Assembly: GCF_003367075.2 (NCBI RefSeq)
Contig: NZ_CP065936.1
Location: forward strand, 1,530,001-1,562,000
Origin: Cylindrospermopsis raciborskii Cr2010
GTDB lineage: Bacteria > Cyanobacteriota > Cyanobacteriia > Cyanobacteriales > Nostocaceae
Length of the DNA: 32,000 bases
Reading direction: 5' to 3'
The first letter of the stretch is position 1; each line of letters opens with the position of its first letter. Below are positions 1-8,432 of the stretch, one piece after another. Under the pieces are notes generated by a model, which was not told the origin of the DNA, ran no database searches, and worked only from the letters and a program-made list of their open reading frames with translations. The position numbers and the translations under genes were made by a program.

Positions 1-318
1 CATTGTATTGCTCATGGTATTAATATGAGTACAGCCATGCAAAATCAAAAAGCTGCTGTGGATTCAGGAAGATGGTTATTATATCGTTATCATCCTGAAC
101 GATTGCTACAGGGATTAAACCCTCTACAGCTTGATTCTCGCCACCCCAGAATACCTGTAGAAAATTCCATGTATATGGAAAATAGGTTCAAAATGCTCAC
201 CAAAATTAATCCTGGAAGAGCTAAGGATTTACTCCAATCCGCTCAAGAAGATGTGAATACTCGCTGGCAAATGTATCAGTATTTAGCTGCTAGAAAATTC
301 TCAGAACAACAAGAATAA
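1..318 (+). CDS. nifJ: pyruvate:ferredoxin (flavodoxin) oxidoreductase, C-terminal fragment; the 5' part lies outside the window
   Basis: Frame 1 is open from base 1 (HCIAHGINMSTAMQNQKAAVDSGRWLLYRYHPERLLQGLNPLQLDS...). It matches the conserved PFOR C-terminal tail as I recall it (..SGYWPL(F/Y)RYDP..NPFQLDS..). Stop TAA at 316-318. Confidence 0.85.
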   Translation, partial: HCIAHGINMSTAMQNQKAAVDSGRWLLYRYHPERLLQGLNPLQLDSRHPRIPVENSMYMENRFKMLTKINPGRAKDLLQSAQEDVNTRWQMYQYLAARKFSEQQE

Positions 319-330
319 CACATACCCATT

Positions 331-1377
331 ATGAACCTGACTACCAACTATTTAGGAATGGAATTAAAATCACCCCTTGTACCTTCTGCTTCTCCTCTTT
401 CTCAAGAGGTGGATAACATCAAATTGATGGAAGATGCGGGTGCGGGTGCTGTGGTGATGCACTCACTATTTGAAGAACAGTTGACTTTGGAAAAATATGA
501 ACTCCATCATCATCTTACCTATGGAACAGAAAGTTTTGCAGAAGCGTTGACCTATTTTCCTGAACCAGCAGATTTTCGCGTTGGACCACAAGAATATTTA
601 GAACATATTCGCACAGCTAAGGAGCAAGTCAATATTCCCATCATTGCCAGTTTAAACGGTTTCTCTCCTGGTGGGTGGACAGAATATGGCCAACTGATGC
701 AGCAAGCAGGAGCATCTGCACTGGAATTAAATATCTACTATGTTCCTACCAATCCAGATTTAACCAGTGCGGAAGTAGAACAGAATTATATTGATATTCT
801 CCAGTCAGTCAAAAAATCGGTGACAATTCCCGTTTCCGTCAAACTCAGTCCCTATTTTACTAATACTGCTAATATGGCAAAACGTTTAGACCGTACTGGA
901 GCTGATGGACTGGTCTTATTTAATCGGTTTTATCAACCTGACATTAATTTAGAAACCCTAGAGGTTGAACCCCAGGTTCTTTTAAGTACGCCCCAAGCCA
1001 TGCGGTTACCCCTGCGCTGGATAGCGATCCTCTATGGTCATATTCATGGTAGTCTTGCTGCAACTAGTGGTATTCACAATGCTCAGGATATCATTAAAAT
1101 GCTTATGGTGGGTGCAAGTACAACTATGCTCTGCTCTGTAATTTTGCGAAATGGAATTAATTACCTTAAATCATTACAGGAGGATGTGATTAAATGGATG
1201 GAGACCCACGAATACGAATCCGTTAGACAAATGCAAGGTACCATGAGTCAGCTCAACTGTCCTGATCCTACCGCTTTTGAAAGGGCTCAATATATGAAAG
1301 TTTTGCAAAGTTATCAACCGGGATCGGAAAAAAAAGATACAAATCTCAACGCAGATAAGTTAATTGGTCACAGATAA
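331..1377 (+). CDS. dihydroorotate dehydrogenase-like (class 1 DHOD/DPD-fold) FMN TIM-barrel protein; probably not a true PyrD
   Basis: 348-aa ORF with an ATG start 13 nt after the nifJ stop. It carries DHOD/DPD-family signatures (..VKLSP.., ..GLVLFNR.., ..ATSGIHNAQDIIKMLMVGAS..). The active-site loop reads ELNIYYVP where class 1 enzymes have NLSCPN. Confidence 0.75.
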   Translation: MNLTTNYLGMELKSPLVPSASPLSQEVDNIKLMEDAGAGAVVMHSLFEEQLTLEKYELHHHLTYGTESFAEALTYFPEPADFRVGPQEYLEHIRTAKEQVNIPIIASLNGFSPGGWTEYGQLMQQAGASALELNIYYVPTNPDLTSAEVEQNYIDILQSVKKSVTIPVSVKLSPYFTNTANMAKRLDRTGADGLVLFNRFYQPDINLETLEVEPQVLLSTPQAMRLPLRWIAILYGHIHGSLAATSGIHNAQDIIKMLMVGASTTMLCSVILRNGINYLKSLQEDVIKWMETHEYESVRQMQGTMSQLNCPDPTAFERAQYMKVLQSYQPGSEKKDTNLNADKLIGHR

Positions 1378-1416
1378 TAAGTCACTGGTATTAAGAAATT
1401 TAAGGTAGTTAGTAAT

Positions 1417-2529
1417 ATGAAACGCATTGGTATCCTCACAAGTGGTGGAGACTGTCCGGGGTTAAATTGTGTGATTCGCGCAGTCGTAAGTCACGCCATA
1501 CTAACATATAATTGGGAAGTGGTTGGCATTCCTTATGCTACCCAAGGGTTACAGCAAAGACAAACTATCCCCTTAAGTATACATGGTTGGAATTTACGGG
1601 GAATAGATCCTTTATTGAATATGGGGGGAACAATTTTAGGTAGTATTAATGAGGGAGATACCCTTGCTGCTGCTGGAGAAATTTTGTCCGGTTATGAAGC
1701 TTTGGGTTTGGATGCTCTAATTGCTGTAGGTGGAGATGGAAGTTTGAAAATCATCCATGAACTGGCTACCATGGGGAATTGGCATTTAGTTGGTATTCCT
1801 AAAACCATTGATAATGATGTGGCTTTGACCGAACGTTCTATAGGTTTTGACACAGCAGTTAATACTATTGTGGATGCCATCAACTGTCTCACATTCACTG
1901 CTGCTAGTCATGATCGGGTAATGATTGTAGAGGTTATGGGACGCACTGCTGGTCATTTAGCTCTCCATTCTGGGATTGCTGGTGGTGCGGATGTAATCTT
2001 AATTCCGGAAATACCATATACCATTCAGGGTATTTGTGACCATTTGAATGAACTTCGAGATACTTGGAAAAGGAAATTTGCCATTGTGGTGGTTGCTGAA
2101 GGTGCTACACTCTGTTCAGAAGATTTAAATAATGGTCATAGGGTGACTGTGGAGAATATACCAGATGCTAACATTGGATCTGCCAAATGTGGTCGTGGTC
2201 AATATGTTGCAGCACAAATTTCCAATTTTGCCCATGGTTTCGATACCAGGGTTTCTGTACTAGGTCATATTCAAAGGGGTGGTATTCCCTCCGCTCTAGA
2301 CCGTCTAGTTGCTACCGCTTTTGGTAAAACCGCAGTGGATTTAGTTGCTCAAGGGAAAAATCATCAAATGTTGGCCTGGCAAAATGGCAAAGTTACAAGT
2401 ATTCCCATCGAAAGTTCTTTGAATCAAAGTCCTCAGCTTGTAGATCCAAAATCAGATTTGGTAGAGATTGCTCATGCTTTAGGTATATATGTAGGACTTA
2501 CTGAAAAAATGACTAAGGTTTTAGTTTAG
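1417..2529 (+). CDS. pfkA: ATP-dependent 6-phosphofructokinase
   Basis: 370 aa. The N-terminus MKRIGILTSGGDCPGLN, and the motifs GGDGS, PKTIDND and MGR, are PFK family hallmarks. ATG at 1417. Confidence 0.92.
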   Translation: MKRIGILTSGGDCPGLNCVIRAVVSHAILTYNWEVVGIPYATQGLQQRQTIPLSIHGWNLRGIDPLLNMGGTILGSINEGDTLAAAGEILSGYEALGLDALIAVGGDGSLKIIHELATMGNWHLVGIPKTIDNDVALTERSIGFDTAVNTIVDAINCLTFTAASHDRVMIVEVMGRTAGHLALHSGIAGGADVILIPEIPYTIQGICDHLNELRDTWKRKFAIVVVAEGATLCSEDLNNGHRVTVENIPDANIGSAKCGRGQYVAAQISNFAHGFDTRVSVLGHIQRGGIPSALDRLVATAFGKTAVDLVAQGKNHQMLAWQNGKVTSIPIESSLNQSPQLVDPKSDLVEIAHALGIYVGLTEKMTKVLV

Positions 2530-5500
2530 GAAATTCATGGGGGAGGAATCTCCCCTAATCACCATGCTCATACTACTTAACAAATCGCTGGCACTATAGG
2601 GTTTTAGCAAAACTCCTTGTATTTTCATGTTAGCAGATTTTGGAATTGCTTCTATAGTGGATATTCCACTGCAAGCAATTATCTTCACCAATGGATTAAT
2701 CTTTTTCATGGCTTGAATAGTAGCGATGCCATCTATCTTTGGCATCATTATGTCCATTAAAACTACACTGATATCTTGTTTATATTGACCATAAATGGCG
2801 ATCGCCTCCATACCATTACTAGCAGTGAGGGTGTCATAATTGTGGGTTTCTAAAATCATCCTAGTCACATCCCGAATTTGTGGTTCATCATCCACTATTA
2901 AAATCAATTCCCCTCTTCCTATTTCTGTGGGTAATTCTTGGGGAAGGGGGGGGTGTGGAGCTTCTATGGATGGTAGAAACACTTCAAATTTACTTCCTTG
3001 TCCCTGTTCGGTATAGAATTGCAGGTGACCATTATGCTTTTGAATAATTCTAGAGACTATGGATAAACCTATGCCAGATCCCACACCATTTTGTTTAGTG
3101 GTAAAAAATGGTTCAAAGATCTTATCTGCTACTGCTCGTGACATTCCTATTCCCGTATCAATGATGGTAATGACAATATAGTGTCCCTGTTGTAATTTTT
3201 CGTTTATCAGATTATTCCCATCAATAAAAGTATTTTCCGCTGCTATAGTTAGCACTCCTCCCGATGGCATAGCATTGAGAGCATTAACCACTAAATTTAT
3301 CATTATCTGATACAATTCGGTACTATCTCCAAACACAGTGGACAGATTATTAGCTATTTTAGTTTTCAACTTAATGGACTTAGGAAAAGTGTGTTTAGCA
3401 AGGTTAACAATTTCTAAAATTAGGTGTTTAATTTGCACAATTGTCCATTCATTACTTGCTCCTTTTGCAAAAGAGAAAACTTGTTTAACCAAGGAAGAAG
3501 CTCGTGTAGCATTGTCCTCAATCATGGTCAACAATTGGGGATGGGTAATATGGTCTTGGAGAGATTTACGTTTGAGCAGTTGAGCTGAGCCTAAAATAGG
3601 TGTCAATATATTATTTAAATCGTGGGCAATACCACAAGCTAAAGTGCCAATGCTTTCTAGTCTCTGGGTGCGTAAAAATTGCTCTTCTAGTTGTTTTTTA
3701 TCTGTGATGTCTGTATCCACAATCAAAATAGATTTTGGTTGTCCATCTCCATCAAACATGAGTGTCCAACGACTCTCAACTGTCACCTGTTCTCCGGATT
3801 TTTTGTATTTGCGTAATACTCCTTGCCAACTTCCCGATCTAACCACAGCTTTTAGGGCAATTACCTCTTGTTTCATCGCTGTTTTTTGACAAAATAAATC
3901 CCTCAGATGTTTACCTATGGCTTCTTCCTTAGTCCAACCATATATCCTGAGCGCTCCCTGATTCCAAAATAATATCTCAGTCTGAAAATCTCTCACAAAA
4001 ATAGCATCAGTGGCAATATCTAGTAGAGCTGCTTGTTCATAGAGTTTTTGTTCTTTTTGTTTGTAGGCGGATATATCTTGCACTGTGCCAATCATGCGGG
4101 TAGCTTCCCCTTTTTCGTTACAGAAAACCTGTGCCGTGCTAGTTAACCAGTGTAAACTACCATCGGGCCAAATAGCACGAAATTCAATGGTAAATCCGCT
4201 TTTTTTATCTAGGGCTATCGTTAATTTATTACTTAAAACTTCTGCGTCTTCTGGATGAATTAACTTGAGTAAATCTTCATAACAGGATGGAGATATAGTA
4301 CCTCTTGGCAGTCCGTACATTGGCCCAACACTTTCAGACCACATATAGTCCTTAGTGATTAAATTCCAATCCCATATACCCATTTTGGCAACTTCTAGGG
4401 CTAAGGTCAGTCTCGTTTCACTTTCTCGTAGTGCTATTTCTGTTTTTTGATGTTGTCTGATTTCTGCTTGCAAGGTTTGATTCAGTTGCACCAATTCTTC
4501 TGTACGTTTTGCTACTCTCTGTTCCAAATCCTCCGCTGCTCTGGTCAACACTTCCTCGGCTTTTTTGCGATCGCTAATATTGTTAATTAACCAGATCCAA
4601 CTATGTTCTTTTTTATGGGGATCGTATATGCCAACTATTTTCACACTAGCTGGAAAAAGTTTTCCTTTTCTTGGTTGCAGGTAAATTTCTTGCTCTGGTG
4701 ATTCTTGTTGTGGTTGAAAATCTGCTATTTGGCAAGTGAATTGCTGACGATATTTTGGAGCAATAAAGACTATGATTGGTTTACCTATTAGGTATTGTTT
4801 TTCTACGGAAAGTAAGGTTGATGCGGTTCGGTTGGCATTTTTAATTATGCCCACTTTGTCAGTTACCAAGTAACAATAGGGTGTAAGTTCAAATAATTGA
4901 TGATAGCGGTTTCTTTCCAATTCAGCTAACTCATGGGCAATTACTAATTGTTGATTTTGTTGTCTGAGTTCTTCTTCTATAATTTGTAATTCTTCTATGG
5001 TTTGCTGGAATTCTTCTTGAATATTGACTTGCTCAATTTTATCCTCTGTTAATCTCTGGATAGCATTAGCATCTTTTCCAGGATCCAGTTGTTTCCACAA
5101 CACACTTTGTCTGATAATTCCTACAACTTTACCCTGATCATCTATTACTGGTAAATGATCTATTTCATTCCTGCTAAAGGTTGATACTAAAGTTCCAATA
5201 TTTAGTACATTTGATATATTTGACAGTTTGAGTGTGGTGACTGGTTGGGTCATCACTTCTACAATTTTCGTTTCAGCAAGATTGCTACCACTAGCAACTA
5301 CTCTGGCCAAATCTGTTAAAGTGAATATTCCTAATAGCTTTTTGTCTGTTTGGATTAAAACGTAGCCAGTTACCTCCCATTTCGTGTCACTGTCTGTATA
5401 ACAATTTCCAGACTGAGGAAATTGGGATCCAGGATGTCCATGGTTCCGTTTCTGGTTCATTAAAACAACTGCGTCTAATACGGAAGTGTCAGGACTGATC

Positions 5501-5613
5501 AATAAGGGCTGAGGATCCATAACCTGATACACATCTAAATCCGTATCCCTGGTAGAATCTAAACTTATCTGCTCAATTCGCTGGTCCTGGGAAAAATCGG
5601 GAGGTGGATACAT
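2521..5613 (-). CDS. hybrid sensor histidine kinase/response regulator (CBS pair, coiled coil, multiple PAS, HisKA, HATPase_c, REC)
   Basis: 1030 aa. An N-terminal CBS pair (..VMDPQPLLISPDTSVLDAV.. and ..HLPVIDDQGKVVGII..) is followed by PAS-like repeats. The H-box is ACGIAHDLNNILTPI, the ATPase G-boxes are DTGIGM and GSGIGLS, and the C-terminal receiver is LILIVDDEP...VLMDIMMPKIDG. It overlaps the pfkA 3' end by 9 nt, convergently. Confidence 0.9.
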   Translation of the reverse strand: MYPPPDFSQDQRIEQISLDSTRDTDLDVYQVMDPQPLLISPDTSVLDAVVLMNQKRNHGHPGSQFPQSGNCYTDSDTKWEVTGYVLIQTDKKLLGIFTLTDLARVVASGSNLAETKIVEVMTQPVTTLKLSNISNVLNIGTLVSTFSRNEIDHLPVIDDQGKVVGIIRQSVLWKQLDPGKDANAIQRLTEDKIEQVNIQEEFQQTIEELQIIEEELRQQNQQLVIAHELAELERNRYHQLFELTPYCYLVTDKVGIIKNANRTASTLLSVEKQYLIGKPIIVFIAPKYRQQFTCQIADFQPQQESPEQEIYLQPRKGKLFPASVKIVGIYDPHKKEHSWIWLINNISDRKKAEEVLTRAAEDLEQRVAKRTEELVQLNQTLQAEIRQHQKTEIALRESETRLTLALEVAKMGIWDWNLITKDYMWSESVGPMYGLPRGTISPSCYEDLLKLIHPEDAEVLSNKLTIALDKKSGFTIEFRAIWPDGSLHWLTSTAQVFCNEKGEATRMIGTVQDISAYKQKEQKLYEQAALLDIATDAIFVRDFQTEILFWNQGALRIYGWTKEEAIGKHLRDLFCQKTAMKQEVIALKAVVRSGSWQGVLRKYKKSGEQVTVESRWTLMFDGDGQPKSILIVDTDITDKKQLEEQFLRTQRLESIGTLACGIAHDLNNILTPILGSAQLLKRKSLQDHITHPQLLTMIEDNATRASSLVKQVFSFAKGASNEWTIVQIKHLILEIVNLAKHTFPKSIKLKTKIANNLSTVFGDSTELYQIMINLVVNALNAMPSGGVLTIAAENTFIDGNNLINEKLQQGHYIVITIIDTGIGMSRAVADKIFEPFFTTKQNGVGSGIGLSIVSRIIQKHNGHLQFYTEQGQGSKFEVFLPSIEAPHPPLPQELPTEIGRGELILIVDDEPQIRDVTRMILETHNYDTLTASNGMEAIAIYGQYKQDISVVLMDIMMPKIDGIATIQAMKKINPLVKIIACSGISTIEAIPKSANMKIQGVLLKPYSASDLLSSMSMVIRGDSSPMNFLN

Positions 5614-5676
5614 TGGGAGATAAGAACTTGGATCTAAAAAGTGGATGAAGAACTTGAGGATGATTTTGTTCCCCAG

Positions 5677-5709
5677 ATATCCCTAAATTTTTCCAGAATT
5701 TAGGGATAT
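5677..5709 (-). terminator. perfect 13-bp-stem hairpin 35 nt downstream of the ppsA stop; candidate terminator or operator
   Basis: ATATCCCTAAATT (5677-5689), a 7-nt loop, then AATTTAGGGATAT (5697-5709). The two arms are exact reverse complements. There is no clear U-tract on the minus strand. Confidence 0.4.
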
Positions 5710-5743
5710 GGTAGATTTTTCTAGTTTGAGCCACTGTTCAACC

Positions 5744-8185
5744 TTACATCATACCTTCTGCTGATGCAATCTCTAACATGGTTTTAATTACAGAATCAGG
5801 GTTAAGACTGATAGAATCAATGCCCAACTCCACCAAAAACCTGGCAAACTCTGGATAGTCGCTGGGAGCTTGACCACAAATACCAATTTTTCGATTACAC
5901 TCCTTAGCAGTGGCGATCGCTTTTCTAATGGTACGTTTTACTGCTTCATTACGTTCATCAAACAAATGGGCAACCAACTCAGAATCCCTATCTAGTCCTA
6001 GGGTTAACTGAGTCAAGTCGTTAGACCCAATAGAAAAACCATCAAAAACTTGACTATATTCATCCGCGAGCATCACATTACTGGGTAGTTCGCACATCAC
6101 ATAGACTTCTAAACCATTTTCTCCACGAACCAAACCATGTTTTGCCATTTCTTCCAACACCCGTCTTCCCTCTTGGGGGGTGCGACAGAAGGGAACCATG
6201 AGTATTACATTGGTTAAGCCCATATTATCTCGCACTTGTTTCATAGCTTTACATTCTAGTGCGAAACCTTCCCGGTAACGGGGATCGTAGTACCGAGAAG
6301 CACCACGCCACCCAATCATGGGGTTTTCTTCCTTGGGTTCAAATTGTCTACCACCTAAAAGATTAGCATACTCATTACTCTTGAAGTCAGATAACCTAAC
6401 TATTACTGGTTTAGGGTAGAATGCAGCAGCAATTGTGCCAATACCTGCGGCCAATTTGGTAATGAAAAATTCCGCTTTGTTCTCATATTGGGCAGTTAAT
6501 TCCCCTATCTTATGTTTGGTCAGTTCATCTTCTAGTTCGTCAAAGTGTAACAGTGCTAATGGATGAGCTTTGATGTGGTTAGCAATAATAAATTCCATCC
6601 TAGCTAAACCCACCCCATCATTGGGAATAGCAGTTAAACCCAAAGCTTCCTCTGGGTTACCCACATTCATCATAATTTTGGTGCGGGTACGAGGTAAATT
6701 ATCCAAAGGTAATTCTTGGATGGCAAAGTTTAATAATCCTGCGTAGACCTTACCTGTTTCACCTTCAGCACAACTGATGGTAATTTCCTGTCCTGTTTTC
6801 AAAACTGTTGTCGCATTTCCACAACCAACTATAGCTGGAATGCCCATTTCCCTGGCGATAATTGCCGCATGACAGGTTCTACCACCGGAATTGGTCACGA
6901 TGGCACTGGCCTTCTTCATAATCGGTTCCCAATCCGGATCAGTACGATTAGTGACTAACACTTCTCCGGATTGAAACATTCCAATCTGATGAACGTCAAG
7001 AATTACTCTAGCTTGACCCTGACCAATCATTTCCCCCACACTACGTCCTGTTAATAAGACATCACCCCTTTCTTGTAATTGGTAACTTCTAAGAACAGTT
7101 TTAGATTTTTGTGATTGTACGGTTTCAGGTCTCGCTTGCACGATAAATAGTTCTCCCGTAATGCCATCCTTTGCCCATTCTATGTCCATAGGTGTTGCAG
7201 TACCACGCACTTGGGAATAATGGTCTTCAATAATGCAGGCCCAATTTGCTAATTGTAATATTTCATCGTCGTTTAAAGCAAATTTATTCCTCTGTGCTGG
7301 AGATACAGAAACGTTTTTGGTGAGTTTGGTTCCACCTAAATCGTAGACCATTTTAATTTCTTTGGTTCCCAAACGTTTTTGCAGAATGGGTTTATACCCC
7401 TGTTTTAAGGTGGGTTTAAATACTAAGTATTCATCTGGATTAACAGCACCTTGCACCACATTCTCACCTAGTCCATAAGCTGCAGTAATTAAAGCTGCGT
7501 CTTTGAAACCGGTCTCCGTATCAATGGAGAACATCACTCCAGAACTTGCTAGATCTGAACGTACCATTTTTTGCACCCCTACTGATAGAGCAACCTCAAA
7601 GTGGTCAAACCCCTTCAGTTGTCTATAAGAAATTGCTCGATCAGTAAAGATAGAGGCAAAACATCTATGGCAAGCATCCAGAACACCTTTAATTCCATGA
7701 ACATTTAGGTAGGTTTCTTGTTGACCCGCAAAACTGGCATCAGGTAAATCCTCGGCGGTTGCGCTGGAACGTACCGCCACATCAAGATTAGCACCATATT
7801 CTTGACACAGGGTCTGATAGGAACGGGCGATCGCCTCTTGTAATTCTACGGGGAATGGGGTTTCTAGCATCAGGGATCTAGCTTGTTTACCACATTGGTG
7901 TAAATTTTCAACATCATCTACATCCAAATTAGCAAAAATGCTTCTGAGTTTAGTTTCGAGTCCTGCAGTCGCGATAAAATATCTGTAAGCATAAGCGGTA
8001 GTGGCAAATCCCGTGGGAACTTTCACCCCTTGTTTAGTTAACTGTTGGATCATTTCCCCTAGGGAAGCATTTTTACCCCCCACAAAAGGAATATCCGCAA
8101 TGCCAACGGTATTAAATGGAAGAACTAATGCTCTTTCTTTATTCAGTTGAGTAGTTTCTTGATTGGTTTGGATTTGTTGCATCAT
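5744..8185 (-). CDS. ppsA: phosphoenolpyruvate synthase (pyruvate, water dikinase)
   Basis: 813 aa with full-length PpsA architecture: ATP-grasp N-terminus (..GGKNASLGEM..), a phosphohistidine swivel region (..GGRTCHAAIIAREMGIPA..) and a PEP-utilising C-terminal TIM barrel. Confidence 0.95.
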   Translation of the reverse strand: MMQQIQTNQETTQLNKERALVLPFNTVGIADIPFVGGKNASLGEMIQQLTKQGVKVPTGFATTAYAYRYFIATAGLETKLRSIFANLDVDDVENLHQCGKQARSLMLETPFPVELQEAIARSYQTLCQEYGANLDVAVRSSATAEDLPDASFAGQQETYLNVHGIKGVLDACHRCFASIFTDRAISYRQLKGFDHFEVALSVGVQKMVRSDLASSGVMFSIDTETGFKDAALITAAYGLGENVVQGAVNPDEYLVFKPTLKQGYKPILQKRLGTKEIKMVYDLGGTKLTKNVSVSPAQRNKFALNDDEILQLANWACIIEDHYSQVRGTATPMDIEWAKDGITGELFIVQARPETVQSQKSKTVLRSYQLQERGDVLLTGRSVGEMIGQGQARVILDVHQIGMFQSGEVLVTNRTDPDWEPIMKKASAIVTNSGGRTCHAAIIAREMGIPAIVGCGNATTVLKTGQEITISCAEGETGKVYAGLLNFAIQELPLDNLPRTRTKIMMNVGNPEEALGLTAIPNDGVGLARMEFIIANHIKAHPLALLHFDELEDELTKHKIGELTAQYENKAEFFITKLAAGIGTIAAAFYPKPVIVRLSDFKSNEYANLLGGRQFEPKEENPMIGWRGASRYYDPRYREGFALECKAMKQVRDNMGLTNVILMVPFCRTPQEGRRVLEEMAKHGLVRGENGLEVYVMCELPSNVMLADEYSQVFDGFSIGSNDLTQLTLGLDRDSELVAHLFDERNEAVKRTIRKAIATAKECNRKIGICGQAPSDYPEFARFLVELGIDSISLNPDSVIKTMLEIASAEGMM

Positions 8186-8235
8186 GATCTTGATTCCCTA
8201 GAAAACTACGAATAAGTGGGTGGGTGGAATTAAAT

Positions 8236-8323
8236 ATAAGATGAACGTAGGTTGGGTTGAAGTATGAAACCCAACGCCCGCATCGGTTAACCCATCCTAC
8301 AAATAATTGTGCCTCCCTACTTA
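8236..8323 (+). repeat. nested-hairpin short dispersed repeat (MITE-like), copy A
   Basis: The 16-bp left flank (ATAAGATGAACGTAGG) and 35-bp right flank (AACCCATCCTACAAATAATTGTGCCTCCCTACTTA) are 100% identical to the reverse complement of 24058-24124. The core holds the hairpin GGTTGGGTT-GAAGTATGA-AACCCAAC. Confidence 0.85.
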
Positions 8324-8432
8324 TGTCAATTTAGCAGTGTTAATTTAGTGCTTCTGCGTTTTTATTTTGACAATTTCTTTTATAGAAAAAAAACTTGAGG
8401 AACTTGTGAGGAAAAAATTCATCTCAACTATC

